Notes: a model not told the origin generated them from the letters alone. A stretch of 64,000 nt of DNA from Dehalococcoidia bacterium (GCA_965249275.1 CBDFLQ010000007.1:704001-768000), one strand, 5' to 3'; positions 50,027 to 60,221 are shown, counted from the first letter of the stretch. Program-made: numbers and translations.

Positions 50027-50812
50027 ATGAGCAGCGAATCCCTCACTCTACAAGCACTGAATATCGCTCCCGTAAAATCGCTGGGATTGTGCCACCCACA
50101 AACGGTGCACGTTAGTGAGGAAGGAATCATAGAAGACCGGCGGTTCCACGTCATCGACGCGGCTGGACGGCTAATGACTCAGCGTCAGATCAGCAGGATG
50201 GTGCAGGTCAAAGCCGAGTACCAGCTCGACCCTGAGCGGTTGTCCCTGACCTTTCCCGACGGCTCCATCATCGAAGGTAAGCCCGAGCCGGAGGACACGG
50301 TGAAGACGTTCATATTCGGACGCATGGTCGGGGGCCGGGTGGTGGGGGGCGGGTTCGGCGAGGCTCTGTCACACTTTTGCGGCGCCGACCTCCGGCTGAT
50401 AAAGTCCGACAAGCCCGGCCAATGCCAGGACACATACCCGATTTCCATACTGTCTCAGGCATCGCTGGACTTCCTGGGAGGGCAGGAAGGGGTGTCGAAG
50501 CCCATGGACAACCGGAGATTCCGCCCGAACTTCCTCATCGAGAACTCGATGCCCCACGAGGAAGATTTGTGGGTGGGGGAAGAGGTGGCTGTCGGGCCGG
50601 AGGTGCTTGTAAAGGTCGTGGCCAGGGACCCGAGGTGCGCCATAACCACCCATGACCCTGACACGGGGGAGCGTGACATGAACACCCTACGCGTAATCCT
50701 AAGCTACCGCCCCGACCCGCAAGCCGCCTACTTCGGTGTCTACGGTACCGTTTCGAGAACCGGAATGGTCAGTGTCGGGGATGGGGTGGGGGTGGTCAAC
50801 CTTGGCGGCTAA
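50027..50812 (+). CDS. MOSC domain protein (Moco-dependent, YcbX/mARC-like)
   Basis: PVKSLG, DRRF, RFRPNF, RCAITT.DP, FGVYG. Confidence 0.92.
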   Translation: MSSESLTLQALNIAPVKSLGLCHPQTVHVSEEGIIEDRRFHVIDAAGRLMTQRQISRMVQVKAEYQLDPERLSLTFPDGSIIEGKPEPEDTVKTFIFGRMVGGRVVGGGFGEALSHFCGADLRLIKSDKPGQCQDTYPISILSQASLDFLGGQEGVSKPMDNRRFRPNFLIENSMPHEEDLWVGEEVAVGPEVLVKVVARDPRCAITTHDPDTGERDMNTLRVILSYRPDPQAAYFGVYGTVSRTGMVSVGDGVGVVNLGG

Positions 50813-51557
50813 AGCAAGCTAGGCAAGAACAGAGCGAGTCCGTAGTCAAATGGGCTAGCCCGTGCAGCACGCCGGAGTCTCTATCGAATTTATGAGCTAT
50901 TCGTTGAAAGTCTCTTGAGAGTCCGCTGTTGTAGTTCCCATAAATGGCATTAGCGCAGAAATCCGCATACTGCAAGAGCCTGGTATCCCGTGCAGGCGCG
51001 AACAGCGGAATGTCAGCGATATTGTGAAGAGCACCCCATCGAGTTCCTTGCTGTCTCACTCGTTGGGCCAAAAGGGCTATAGTTCGTTGATAGTTCGAAT
51101 CGGCTAAGACAACCAAACCTCTTTGTTGCTCTCGATCATCGAGACTAGCCTGACGGTTTACGCGACCTAGAAACATGTCGAACCTACTACTCAGATCCTC
51201 AAAAGCCAGTTCATACGGATCTTCATTGCGTATTGATGCTAGTCTCTTCTCCACAGCACAGGCAAACAAAACTGCTTTGCGGTTACGGATAATTTCATAT
51301 ACGCGGTCCTTTAGATTACGACGCTGGTCCACAGTCAACTGTTTCCAGGGTTCTGGCAAATGAGCGCGGTTGCCTCCCCTAAGTGCGGAAGCATGGAAGA
51401 AAATAGGATCGCGCTCGCCGGGAAGGAATTCCTTTTGCAAGGAATCCAAGTCTTGGCTGAACCAATGAATTTCTCGCTCGAAAACTGCAAGGCCAGCAAG
51501 AATGAAATAGTTAGCCTCGCCATGATTTCCAGATTCGTCAAGGTAGAGAATGTACAT
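50796..51557 (-). CDS. DUF3800 family protein (RNase H-like fold)
   Basis: MYILYLDESG...FHAS...LQYADFCA signature; lower GC than its neighbours. Confidence 0.88.
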   Translation of the reverse strand: MYILYLDESGNHGEANYFILAGLAVFEREIHWFSQDLDSLQKEFLPGERDPIFFHASALRGGNRAHLPEPWKQLTVDQRRNLKDRVYEIIRNRKAVLFACAVEKRLASIRNEDPYELAFEDLSSRFDMFLGRVNRQASLDDREQQRGLVVLADSNYQRTIALLAQRVRQQGTRWGALHNIADIPLFAPARDTRLLQYADFCANAIYGNYNSGLSRDFQRIAHKFDRDSGVLHGLAHLTTDSLCSCLACFSRQG

Positions 51558-51568
51558 ACAAAAAGAGA

Positions 51569-51617
51569 AGTCGGCTGAAGAAAACTTCAACGGGCTTAGC
51601 TAGTAGCCCTGCCGACT
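51569..51617 (-). ncRNA. Three-way-junction RNA in the DUF3800 5' leader (DUF3800-motif-like)
   Basis: Minus strand AGTCGGC-A-GGGCT(N8)AGCCC-GT-TGAAG(TTTT)CTTCA-GCCGACT, then TCTCTTTTT. Confidence 0.65.
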
Positions 51618-51623
51618 AACAGA

Positions 51624-51652
51624 ATCGTATCAATTCTCTAAATAGATGTCAA
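51624..51652 (-). promoter_or_regulatory. Sigma70 promoter for the DUF3800 RNA and gene
   Basis: TTGACA-N17-TACGAT; predicted TSS ~51617 coincides with the 5' end of the RNA stem. Confidence 0.75.
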
Positions 51653-51721
51653 ATCAACATACGAGGCCCTACTCCCCACGCAGGCGTCGGGGATGGGGTG
51701 GGGGTGGTGGGGTAGAGAGGC

Positions 51722-52357
51722 CTACTCCTGCCCCGGGACCCAGAGGCCCTGCTTGCGGCGGTCCTGGTCTATGCGCTGCATGACCTGCTGAAACACTTTG
51801 TAGGGCTGGGCGCCCGAGATCAGATGGCGGTCCAGGATGAAGGCGGGTACGCCTGAAATGCCGTAGGCCCGGGCCTGCATCAGTTGGTTTGCCACTGTGG
51901 GCCGGTACTGCTCTCCACCTCCCGACGCCTCGTATTCATCCCAGTCCATGCCGCACTCTTCGAAGATTTCCTTGAGGACATCATCAACACCGATGTTGCG
52001 GCCCTCTTCCCAGAAGGCTTTGAACACTGCCTTGTGGAAGTCGTCGAAGCGGTCCTGTTCCTTGGCAAACTCGCTGGCCTCAAAGGCGGGGATAGTGTAG
52101 GGAGTGACCTGTTGTCGGCGCATCTTGGTAAGGCCCGCCTCCTCGGCGGAGTCCTTCATGTGGCCTCGGAGGTCGGAAGTCTCACCTTCCTTGAAGGGTC
52201 GAGGTGTGCCCTCGGGCGGGGTGCCGGGCACCAGTTCGAAGGCCAGCCACTCGACATCAACGTCGTATTCCTCAGCCAATCTTTCGGTCCGTTCCAGGCC
52301 GATGTAGCACCAGGGTCAGATGTAGTCCGAAAAGATCTGTACTTTAACGGGTTCCAT
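51722..52357 (-). CDS. DsbA/FrnE-family thiol-disulfide oxidoreductase, probable selenoprotein (UxxC)
   Basis: MEPVKVQIFSDYI-U(TGA 52316-52318)-PWCYIG, in frame with the downstream ...GISGVPAF...ISGAQP; AGGTG RBS. Confidence 0.85.
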
Positions 52358-52455
52358 GTCTATTCACCTGCCTGTTACCGGGTCAATGATGTCCGAAGGC
52401 CGTCCAGAGACGAGTGTAAGAGTGAGAGAGCGAGGGTGTCAACGACGGACCATGG

Positions 52456-53439
52456 TCAAAGCTTAGGCAGCACGTCCTCGGCTAGGATGTGACTATGCTC
52501 TGTAGGGTCGTATACGGGGTTGAGCATGAGCATGTCCAGGTCCTCCTCTACCACGCTAGCAAGCTCTTCAATCACCTGCTCAACGGGCCCATACACTGCC
52601 ACCCGATCCGCAAGCTCGGAGTTGTGGTAATACTCTCCGAACCACTGGCGCATCTTCCGGCCCACCGACTCCCTGTCTGGTCCAATGCCGATGAATATCC
52701 GCTTCGATATCGGGAAATGGGCTGGGTCCCGACCCTCCTTTTCCAAGAGCCCGCGCACGAAGACGATTTGGTCTTTGAAATCGGCGATAGTAGACGCTCC
52801 CGCACCCATCCATGCATCGGCGTACTTCACGGCTCGTACCAATGCCAGCCTGGCGTGGCCTCCGATCCATATCGGGGCGCGGGGCTGTTGGAGAGGCTTC
52901 GGGGCGATAGTTACCCCGTCCAGGTCCAGGAACCTACCTTTAAAAGTAACCTCCGGCTGGGTCCAGAGTGCCTTGATCACCTCGATTTGTTCCTCGAAGC
53001 GGGTGGCACGGGCCTCGGGGGTGATGCCAAATGCGGGGTAGACCTCGGTATCGCTGCCGATTCCAAGGCCCATGATGAACCGCCCACCGCTGATCTGGTC
53101 AAGGCTCGCGCCGCTCTTTGCGAGATGTACGGGACTGCGGTAGGGGGTCACGATAACCGATATCCCGAGCTTTACTTTGGTCGTGTGCCGGGCGGCGTAG
53201 GCAAGCAGGACGAATGGGTCAAGAGTCTGGATGGTGCCTATGGCCTGGTCGTGGGTCCACACGCTGTCGAAGCCCAGGGACTCGACCAGCCTGAGATTTT
53301 CCCCGATTACGGATATGTCGAAAGGACCATCGGGGAAGGTCTGGGGGACTGCTATTCCGACCTTGGTCCGTTTCCCAATGACTATGCTAATGGTGCAACT
53401 CCAAGTGCAGTATGGAGTCATTTTAGCAGGGGGAGCCAC
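52456..53439 (-). CDS. LLM class flavin/F420-dependent oxidoreductase (true start probably ~53391)
   Basis: GFDSVWTHD, LDPFVLL, LDQISGGRF, PKPLQQP..PIWIGG. Confidence 0.9.
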   Translation of the reverse strand: MAPPAKMTPYCTWSCTISIVIGKRTKVGIAVPQTFPDGPFDISVIGENLRLVESLGFDSVWTHDQAIGTIQTLDPFVLLAYAARHTTKVKLGISVIVTPYRSPVHLAKSGASLDQISGGRFIMGLGIGSDTEVYPAFGITPEARATRFEEQIEVIKALWTQPEVTFKGRFLDLDGVTIAPKPLQQPRAPIWIGGHARLALVRAVKYADAWMGAGASTIADFKDQIVFVRGLLEKEGRDPAHFPISKRIFIGIGPDRESVGRKMRQWFGEYYHNSELADRVAVYGPVEQVIEELASVVEEDLDMLMLNPVYDPTEHSHILAEDVLPKL

Positions 53440-53498
53440 GGATGGGGAAAGCGGCCCGCATGTGGACTAGCCCCGATGTTGGAGTTAACCTTACTACC

Positions 53499-54941
53499 AT
53501 GGCCGAGACCTCTGCAGAAAGCCAAGAGCCAGGGCTTCTCCCAGGCCCGGGCCCCTCACTGGCAAAAGGGGCAGGTCCGGGGGCCGAAACAGCAATCAGA
53601 AGACCAAGAATCTTCTATGGCTGGTACATGGTCGTCTGCGGATGGGTCTCACTTACCCTCGGCTACGGTATCCTCTTCTCTGCACCCCTCATTTTCTTCG
53701 AGTCCTGGTCCGACACCTTTGGCTGGGGCCGCGGCACCATCTCCAACGCGTTTTCACTTAGCCTTCTGGCTGTGGCTCTAGCCTCGCCGGGTGCAGGCAA
53801 GATTACCGACAAGTACGGCTCGCAGCCCGTTATGTTGTTCGGGGGAGTAATGTTGGGGGTGGGGGTGTTCCTGCTCCGCTGGATCTCTGAGCCCTGGGAA
53901 CTGTATGCGGCGCTGATGATCGCTGCCCTGGGGTTCGCGTTTTCCGTGGCCGTACCGGTCAACGTACTCATAGCCCGATGGTTCGAGCGTAGGCGTAGTC
54001 TTGCGATAGCGATTACGTATACGGGCATCGGAGCCGGGGGACTGATCACCATTCCTTTGGCCACAGCCTTCATAGAACTGTACGGGTGGCAGACTACCAC
54101 CACCATATTGGCCATTACAGTGTTGGCTCTGCAAATTCCCCTGAGCATATTCGTAGTCCGCAGAGATCCGCAGTCCATGGGTCTGCGCCCCGACGGCGAC
54201 CCGGAAGTTAGTGCCCCGAGCGAAGGAAGACCTTCACGATCGGGTACCCTTTCATCCACCTCGATCCCCGGGGTTACGTTGAGCCAGGCAGCCAAAACGC
54301 TGAAGTTCTGGGTAATCGGTGTGCTGTTCTTCGTGGCGTTATGCAGCTCCTTCGGGACCTTCACCCAGACCCAGCCTTTCCTGGGAGACCTCGGCTATGT
54401 ACCTGAGGTGGCATCGGCTCTTCTTGCGGCCAACGGTGGGATGGTGATCTTCAGCAAGTTCTTGTACGCGTACCTTAGCGACAAGGTCCCCATCAAGGCT
54501 ATCCTGGGCACGGCCACCATCGGAGCTATGATGGCCCCGACTGTGATGTTCAGTGTGGTCTTCCTGGATGCGCCGAGATTCATGGGATTATTGATACCCC
54601 TTATCCTGGCCAGTGCGGGAACGGCGTTCAGCGCCATAGTTCCGATAGTGGCAGCCTCGAATTTCGGAATAAGGAACGTGGGAGCGATATCGGGTGCATT
54701 GGGCAGCTTTGCGCTTTTCGGGATGGCAGCGGGTCCGACCATAATCGGCAATATGTATGAATTGAACGATAGCTATGCTTTGCCTTCCGGGATGTTTATG
54801 GTCTGCATGTTCGGGGCCTTTCTGATGCTCATGAGGGGGCCGGCGCTGGGGGGAGGCAGCGGGCAATTCGCACGCCGATTTTTGCGAAGGCGGGGCTCCG
54901 GTGAGAGGGAACTGGGTGCACAGTCGGGAGACAACGGTTGA
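53499..54941 (+). CDS. MFS transporter
   Basis: RPRIFYGWY, GKITDKYGS motif A, ~12 TM segments. Confidence 0.92.
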   Translation: MAETSAESQEPGLLPGPGPSLAKGAGPGAETAIRRPRIFYGWYMVVCGWVSLTLGYGILFSAPLIFFESWSDTFGWGRGTISNAFSLSLLAVALASPGAGKITDKYGSQPVMLFGGVMLGVGVFLLRWISEPWELYAALMIAALGFAFSVAVPVNVLIARWFERRRSLAIAITYTGIGAGGLITIPLATAFIELYGWQTTTTILAITVLALQIPLSIFVVRRDPQSMGLRPDGDPEVSAPSEGRPSRSGTLSSTSIPGVTLSQAAKTLKFWVIGVLFFVALCSSFGTFTQTQPFLGDLGYVPEVASALLAANGGMVIFSKFLYAYLSDKVPIKAILGTATIGAMMAPTVMFSVVFLDAPRFMGLLIPLILASAGTAFSAIVPIVAASNFGIRNVGAISGALGSFALFGMAAGPTIIGNMYELNDSYALPSGMFMVCMFGAFLMLMRGPALGGGSGQFARRFLRRRGSGERELGAQSGDNG

Positions 54942-56155
54942 GCTTCGACTTTGACGTGGGGGTGATAGGCGGGGGGATACTCGGGCTCTCAGCGGCGCGG
55001 GAGTTGGGGCTCAGGTTCCCGGGTCTCGGCATTGTTGTCATCGAGAAAGAGAAAGAATTAGCCCGGCACCAGACGGGACACAACAGCGGCGTTATCCACT
55101 CCGGCATCTACTATAAGCCCGGCTCATTGAAGGCGCACAACTGCGTTACCGGGGCCCGGATGCTTACCCAGTTCTGCGACGACCACGGCATACCCTACGA
55201 AAAATGCGGCAAGGTAATCGTCGCGGTGAACGATTCGGAGATTCCGGCCCTGGAGGAACTACACCGTCGGGGAACGGCGAACGGAGTCCCGGGCCTTCGA
55301 AGGGTCGGGCCGGCTGAGCTAAAGGAGCTTGAACCCCACGCCCGAGGCGTCGCCGCCCTACACTCCCCCGAGACCGGGATAATCGACTACACCCAGGTGG
55401 CCAAGGCCTACGCCTCAGATTTCAAAGAGTCGGGGGGCCGAGTCTCCTTGGGGACAGCGTTGCTGAGCATCAATCCCTTACCCAGAGGAATGGAACTTAT
55501 CACGTCAGGCGGCAGCCTGCGCGTGAAGCATCTTATCAACTGTGCGGGGCTCTACGCTGACGTCGTCTCCGAAATGACGTCGCCCGACCGCGACGTTCGC
55601 ATAGTCCCCTTTCGCGGGGACTATTACACACTATCACCACGGGCCGAGGGTCTTGTGCGCGGCCTCATCTATCCCGTCCCCGATCCCGCTTTCCCCTTTC
55701 TGGGCGTACACTTCACCAAGACCGTGCGGGGGTACACTGAAGCGGGACCCAATGCAGTTCTAGCTTTCGCCAGAGAGGGATACACTATCGGGAAGGTCAA
55801 CGGAGGTGAGCTTCTGAGGACCCTGTACTTTCCGGGGTTCTGGCTGCTGACTCGGCAATATTGGCGCATGGGAATGCAGGAATTCTTTAGGTCGGTGAGT
55901 AAGCAGGCGTTTCTCAAGGCAGCGCGCAGACTGGTACCCGAAATCCAGAAGGAAGACCTGGTGGAGCGAGGGGCAGGGGTGAGGGCACAGGCGGTCGACC
56001 GTAAGGGCCGGTTGCTGGATGACTTTCTGATAAGCAGCAGTAATAATGCGGTACACGTGAGGAATGCGCCTTCTCCGGGGGCAACGGCATCAATTGCCAT
56101 AGGTCGGCATGTCGTAGACGCAGCAGAGAAGGCCTTCGGATTGGACATGGGCTAG
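54938..56155 (+). CDS. lhgO: L-2-hydroxyglutarate oxidase
   Basis: HQTGHNSGVIHSGIYY.PGSLKA, FPFLGVHFT, GPNAV, GVRAQA, NAPSPGAT. Confidence 0.88.
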   Translation: MSFDFDVGVIGGGILGLSAARELGLRFPGLGIVVIEKEKELARHQTGHNSGVIHSGIYYKPGSLKAHNCVTGARMLTQFCDDHGIPYEKCGKVIVAVNDSEIPALEELHRRGTANGVPGLRRVGPAELKELEPHARGVAALHSPETGIIDYTQVAKAYASDFKESGGRVSLGTALLSINPLPRGMELITSGGSLRVKHLINCAGLYADVVSEMTSPDRDVRIVPFRGDYYTLSPRAEGLVRGLIYPVPDPAFPFLGVHFTKTVRGYTEAGPNAVLAFAREGYTIGKVNGGELLRTLYFPGFWLLTRQYWRMGMQEFFRSVSKQAFLKAARRLVPEIQKEDLVERGAGVRAQAVDRKGRLLDDFLISSSNNAVHVRNAPSPGATASIAIGRHVVDAAEKAFGLDMG

Positions 56156-56169
56156 AAAGGGATGACAAG

Positions 56170-57117
56170 ATGGCAAACCCTCTATTGGTGGACACGCACC
56201 TGCACATATACAGGTCCCGTGAGTGGGGCATCAGACGCCTGGCCACCTACAGCATTGGCGAATACGGAGAGAAGGAAAACGTAACCTCCCCCTCCTCCAA
56301 CGGCAGCGCTGAGGAGGCTATCCAGGACATAGCCAACGCCGGCTTCTACCGTGCAGTCGTCGCCAACATGTTCGTCGAGGACCAGGCCCGGGACTATGCC
56401 ATATTCAACCTCGACACTAACCTGACCGAGCCCCAGCGCGCCGCAGCCATAACCGAGATCGAGTCATCCTCTCCAGCCATGCTCCGGGAGTTTAACTACT
56501 GGGCCTGCGACCTTGCGGCTGAAAACGAGAGCCTCGTCCCCTTCGTAGCCGTGGACCCCAATGCCCTGCCCGGTGAGGAAGGTGCGGCGCATCTAAGAGA
56601 GTTGGTGGAGGGGCGGGGGGCCAAGGGGGTAAAGGTCCATCCGGCACTTCAAAAGTTCGAGATGACGGACCCGCGAATGTGGCCCATCTACCGAGTTTGC
56701 CAGGAGTTGGGTGTGACTTTTCTCAGCCATTCCGGGCCGTCGTCCGACGGGATGCCCTATGCCGAGCCCCGGTCATTTGCACCAGTGCTGGAAGCATTCC
56801 CGAATCTCAAGTTCATCATCGCCCATATGGGCGGGGCTACGTGGGAACAAGCCCTCGATATCGGCAAGGCCTTTCCCAACGCCTACTTCGACAGCTGCGA
56901 GGTAATAGAGTGGACAGGCGCCCCCAAGGCCCCGACGGACGAGCAACTAGCGCAGCTCATCCGTGACATAGGCCCGAGTCGCATCATGATGGGCTCAGAC
57001 TACCCGTGGTACGGCCTAACCCGCAGCGTGGAGCGGATAATGGAGTTGCCCATCCTCACGGACGGCGAAAAAGAAGCGATACTGGGGGCCAATGCCATTG
57101 AAATACTGGGGCTTTAG
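56170..57117 (+). CDS. Amidohydrolase_2 family protein
   Basis: DTHLH, GVKVHP, HSG, IAHMGG, MGSDYP. Confidence 0.9.
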   Translation: MANPLLVDTHLHIYRSREWGIRRLATYSIGEYGEKENVTSPSSNGSAEEAIQDIANAGFYRAVVANMFVEDQARDYAIFNLDTNLTEPQRAAAITEIESSSPAMLREFNYWACDLAAENESLVPFVAVDPNALPGEEGAAHLRELVEGRGAKGVKVHPALQKFEMTDPRMWPIYRVCQELGVTFLSHSGPSSDGMPYAEPRSFAPVLEAFPNLKFIIAHMGGATWEQALDIGKAFPNAYFDSCEVIEWTGAPKAPTDEQLAQLIRDIGPSRIMMGSDYPWYGLTRSVERIMELPILTDGEKEAILGANAIEILGL

Positions 57118-57155
57118 GCCTGCCGTTCAATCGGGTTGAAGGAGATTCGGAGAGT

Positions 57156-57806
57156 TTGAACGGGGTAGATAAGAAGTCGGGGCCAGTGGTGCTGGTAATC
57201 GACTACGGGGCGAGCAATCTGAGGAGCGTGCAGAAAGCATTCGCCAAACTGGGCTACGAGGCCCGGGTGTCGGGGGAGGCGGGGGATATCGCTGCAGCGG
57301 ATGCGCTGGTACTGCCCGGTCAGGGAGCGGCAAAGCCTACGATGGAGGGGCTAAGGGAACGAGGACTTATCGAGCCAGTTTTGCACTCAATTTCCGAAGG
57401 CCGACCCTTCTTCGGAGTATGTATGGGGTTGCAGGTCCTGTTCGACTTCTCGGCAGAGGGAGACCAGGAGTGCCTCGGGGTCCTGCCGGGGTCAGTCGAG
57501 CGGCTGCCCAAAGGAGTCAAGCAGCCCCACATGGGTTGGAACAATGTGGAACAGAGCCACTCAAGTCCCCTCTTCAACGGCATTCCGGACCGCTCCTACT
57601 TCTATTTCGTTCACAGCTATCACCCCGTGCCACGGGACCCGGACCTGATGCTGGCCACCACCGACTACGGCCGCACGTTCTGCTGTGCCGCATCCCGGGA
57701 CAACGTGGTAGCAACGCTATTCCACCCGGAGAAGAGCGGTACCCTGGGTCTCAGGATGTACGAAAATTTCATGCAGAACTGGGTTCTGGACCAGACATGG
57801 AAGTAA
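57156..57806 (+). CDS. hisH: Imidazole glycerol phosphate synthase glutaminase subunit
   Basis: IDYGASNLRSV, LPGQG, GVCMG, PHMGWN, YFVHSY, FHPEKSG. Confidence 0.96.
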   Translation: MNGVDKKSGPVVLVIDYGASNLRSVQKAFAKLGYEARVSGEAGDIAAADALVLPGQGAAKPTMEGLRERGLIEPVLHSISEGRPFFGVCMGLQVLFDFSAEGDQECLGVLPGSVERLPKGVKQPHMGWNNVEQSHSSPLFNGIPDRSYFYFVHSYHPVPRDPDLMLATTDYGRTFCCAASRDNVVATLFHPEKSGTLGLRMYENFMQNWVLDQTWK

Positions 57807-58510
57807 TCCCGGCTATCGACCTGAAAGGCGGGCGCTGCGTCCGTCTTCTCCAGGGTGATTTCGATAAGGAGACCGTATTCTCGACGGACCCGGGAGCCGT
57901 GGCTCGGGGTTGGGAGCAGGCCGGCGCGCCGAGAATCCACGTAGTCGATCTGGAGGGGGCTGCCTCAGGCCGACCCGAAAACGCAGAGGCCGTGGCCCGC
58001 ATCCTTGAAAGTGTGGATATCCCCGTCCAGCTCGGCGGTGGGGTCCGAAACATGGAAACGCTGGAAAGCTGGTTGGACAAAGGCGTCCAGAGGGTGGTGT
58101 TAGGCACTGCGGCGGTGGAAGACCCGGACTTCCTGCAAGAGGCGTTGCGAAGATTTGGGGGGAGTGTAGTAGTTGGCATAGACGCAAGGGATGGACGAGT
58201 GGCAGCCTCGGGGTGGAAGAGGACAACGGAGGTCGACGCAATCGAACTGATCGAACGGATGAAGGGATTTGGGGTCCGGCGCATCATCTACACGGACATA
58301 TCACGAGACGGGATGCTATCAGGGCCGAACCTGGAGTCCGTGCGCCAGGTGGTGTCGAAAACTAAGGTGCCGGTTATCGCGTCGGGAGGCGTCTCGACCA
58401 TCGAACATTTGAAGTCACTGAAAGAGCTGGGCGTTGAGGGTGTGATAGTCGGCAGAGCCCTTTACACAGGTGATGTGAATCTGAGAGAAGCTATACAGAC
58501 AGTGGGCTAG
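57797..58510 (+). CDS. hisA: ProFAR isomerase
   Basis: IPAIDLKGGRCVRLLQGD, QLGGGVR, YTDISRDGML, IASGGV; ATG at 57797. Confidence 0.97.
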   Translation: MEVIPAIDLKGGRCVRLLQGDFDKETVFSTDPGAVARGWEQAGAPRIHVVDLEGAASGRPENAEAVARILESVDIPVQLGGGVRNMETLESWLDKGVQRVVLGTAAVEDPDFLQEALRRFGGSVVVGIDARDGRVAASGWKRTTEVDAIELIERMKGFGVRRIIYTDISRDGMLSGPNLESVRQVVSKTKVPVIASGGVSTIEHLKSLKELGVEGVIVGRALYTGDVNLREAIQTVG

Positions 58511-58525
58511 GCAGGAGTCTTATAC

Positions 58526-58810
58526 ATGACTGCAGAACGAGCCAAATCAACCATATTCATCGACAACGATAGGGTGAGGGTCCTGGAGTGGCGCTTCGCG
58601 CCGGGGGCGGAGGTGGGGCATCACGTCCACGGGCTGGACTACGTTGTGGTCCCGATCATGGACGGGAACCTCAGGGCGGTGACCTCCAAGGGGGAGTCGG
58701 TCAATCAACTCAAGGTCGGCCAGCCTTACTTCAGAAACGCCGGCGTAGAGCACAACGTCATAAATGCGAACGAGGGTGAGTTCGCGTTTATCGAGGTGGA
58801 GATAAAATAG
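58526..58810 (+). CDS. Cupin domain protein
   Basis: HVHGLDYVVVP...GVEHNVIN. Confidence 0.88.
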   Translation: MTAERAKSTIFIDNDRVRVLEWRFAPGAEVGHHVHGLDYVVVPIMDGNLRAVTSKGESVNQLKVGQPYFRNAGVEHNVINANEGEFAFIEVEIK

Positions 58811-58830
58811 AGGCCAGCAGGCCTATTCTT

Positions 58831-59142
58831 CTATCGCCAGTTTTCGTCTGAGGGGTAGATGTTGGTGCCGAGGGTGCGGGAGTAGGGCTTGGCAAGCCAG
58901 TTCTTGGTGGTGTCCCGCCACTTGACGAAGTGGGGGGCTTCCCTGTGAGCCGCAATCGCAGCGTCGTCTTTGTAGACTTCATACAGGTGGACTCGGTTGG
59001 GGTCTTCATTGTCCTGGAGGACGTCGAACCGCAGGCAGCCGGGCTCGTCATCATTGGCGCCCTTCGCGTCCAGAAGCAGCTCTTCCATGAATCGTTCCTT
59101 GAACTCGGACTGGATGTCGATGGTAACCAGCAGCGCTATCAT
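58831..59142 (-). CDS. Antibiotic biosynthesis monooxygenase / LsrG-like protein
   Basis: EPGCLRFDV, YEVY, AHREAPHF. Confidence 0.9.
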   Translation of the reverse strand: MIALLVTIDIQSEFKERFMEELLLDAKGANDDEPGCLRFDVLQDNEDPNRVHLYEVYKDDAAIAAHREAPHFVKWRDTTKNWLAKPYSRTLGTNIYPSDENWR

Positions 59143-59180
59143 AAGTTTCTCCTAAATCTAAGCTGTATTGGAGCCTTGCC

Positions 59181-60221
59181 CTAGAGAGGCAGGGTCACGG
59201 CCTTCCGCATCTGTGCACTTCGGGTGACGGCCTCAGTGAACTCCATGTACTTGACCCCGTCTTCGAACGAGGTCAGTTTGATCTTCTCCTGCCCTCGTAT
59301 GGCGCCGATGAACTCGTCTTCCACCCGCCAGCTCCCGCGCTTTTCCGGGGCTATGGCTATCTCCTTCAACTCGGAATCGCCCTTACGACCTCCCATGAGA
59401 GTCTGCCCTGTCTTGTCGATGAACAGGCTCCCCTCCGAGCCGTTTATCCAGATGCCCGACTCCTGCCCTAGCCCGATAACCGAGCTAATCCTTATCCGGG
59501 CCTGGCCCCCGATGGCCATGCGGCAAAGCACGTCCGCATGATCGGGTACGGTGATGAAGGCTGGGTTGCCGTCTTCGTCATGGCGCACGGGAACGTTCAC
59601 GGAGGTCATCGCGATGACTTCCGAGGCTGGGCCGACCCACCGCAAAAGGGCCTCGTACCAGATACCCATGTGCATTATGTTGAGCCCGCTGAGCCCCATG
59701 TCCTGCCTCCAGGATATGGGAGCTTCCCGTTCCAGGAACTGGTTGCCGTTCACGTTCATGTCGATGGCCACTAAATCCCCGAGATAACCATCTGCCACCA
59801 GGGAACTAATGGTCTCATCAAGAGCAAAGGTGAAGGGAGAGGGAACGATCTGGGTCACGAGTCCGGGGCTGGCGTTGGCAGCATCCAGCATGTCATGGGC
59901 CTCGCCGGCATTCATGGCCATGCGCGCCTCAGTCATAACATGTTTTTCGTTGTCCAAAGAGGCCAAGGTCATTGGACAGTGCAGGTACGGCCAGGTGCCG
60001 ATGCAGACGGCGTCAATATCGTCGTCCGCAACGAGGTCTTGCCAGTTCTCAATGACTTTGGGGATGCCGAACTGGTCGGCTACCCTCTGGCTGGATTCCA
60101 GGGACTGGTTGCAAACACTGACCACCTCGACGCCGTCGATGGCCTGGAAGCCGGGGATGTGTCGGTCCCTCGTGTTCTTCCCTGCCCCGATCAGGCCGAT
60201 TCTTATCGAACTCGCTGCCAT
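59181..60221 (-). CDS. Gfo/Idh/MocA family oxidoreductase
   Basis: IGLIGAG, IDAVCIGTWPYLH, KHVMTEARMA. Confidence 0.9.
   Translation of the reverse strand: MAASSIRIGLIGAGKNTRDRHIPGFQAIDGVEVVSVCNQSLESSQRVADQFGIPKVIENWQDLVADDDIDAVCIGTWPYLHCPMTLASLDNEKHVMTEARMAMNAGEAHDMLDAANASPGLVTQIVPSPFTFALDETISSLVADGYLGDLVAIDMNVNGNQFLEREAPISWRQDMGLSGLNIMHMGIWYEALLRWVGPASEVIAMTSVNVPVRHDEDGNPAFITVPDHADVLCRMAIGGQARIRISSVIGLGQESGIWINGSEGSLFIDKTGQTLMGGRKGDSELKEIAIAPEKRGSWRVEDEFIGAIRGQEKIKLTSFEDGVKYMEFTEAVTRSAQMRKAVTLPL

Noticed and set aside
52489-53781. Long antisense ORFs (430 aa here; also 28343-29584 and 62238-63119)
   Set aside because: Shadow frames of well-supported genes on the opposite strand in high-GC DNA.
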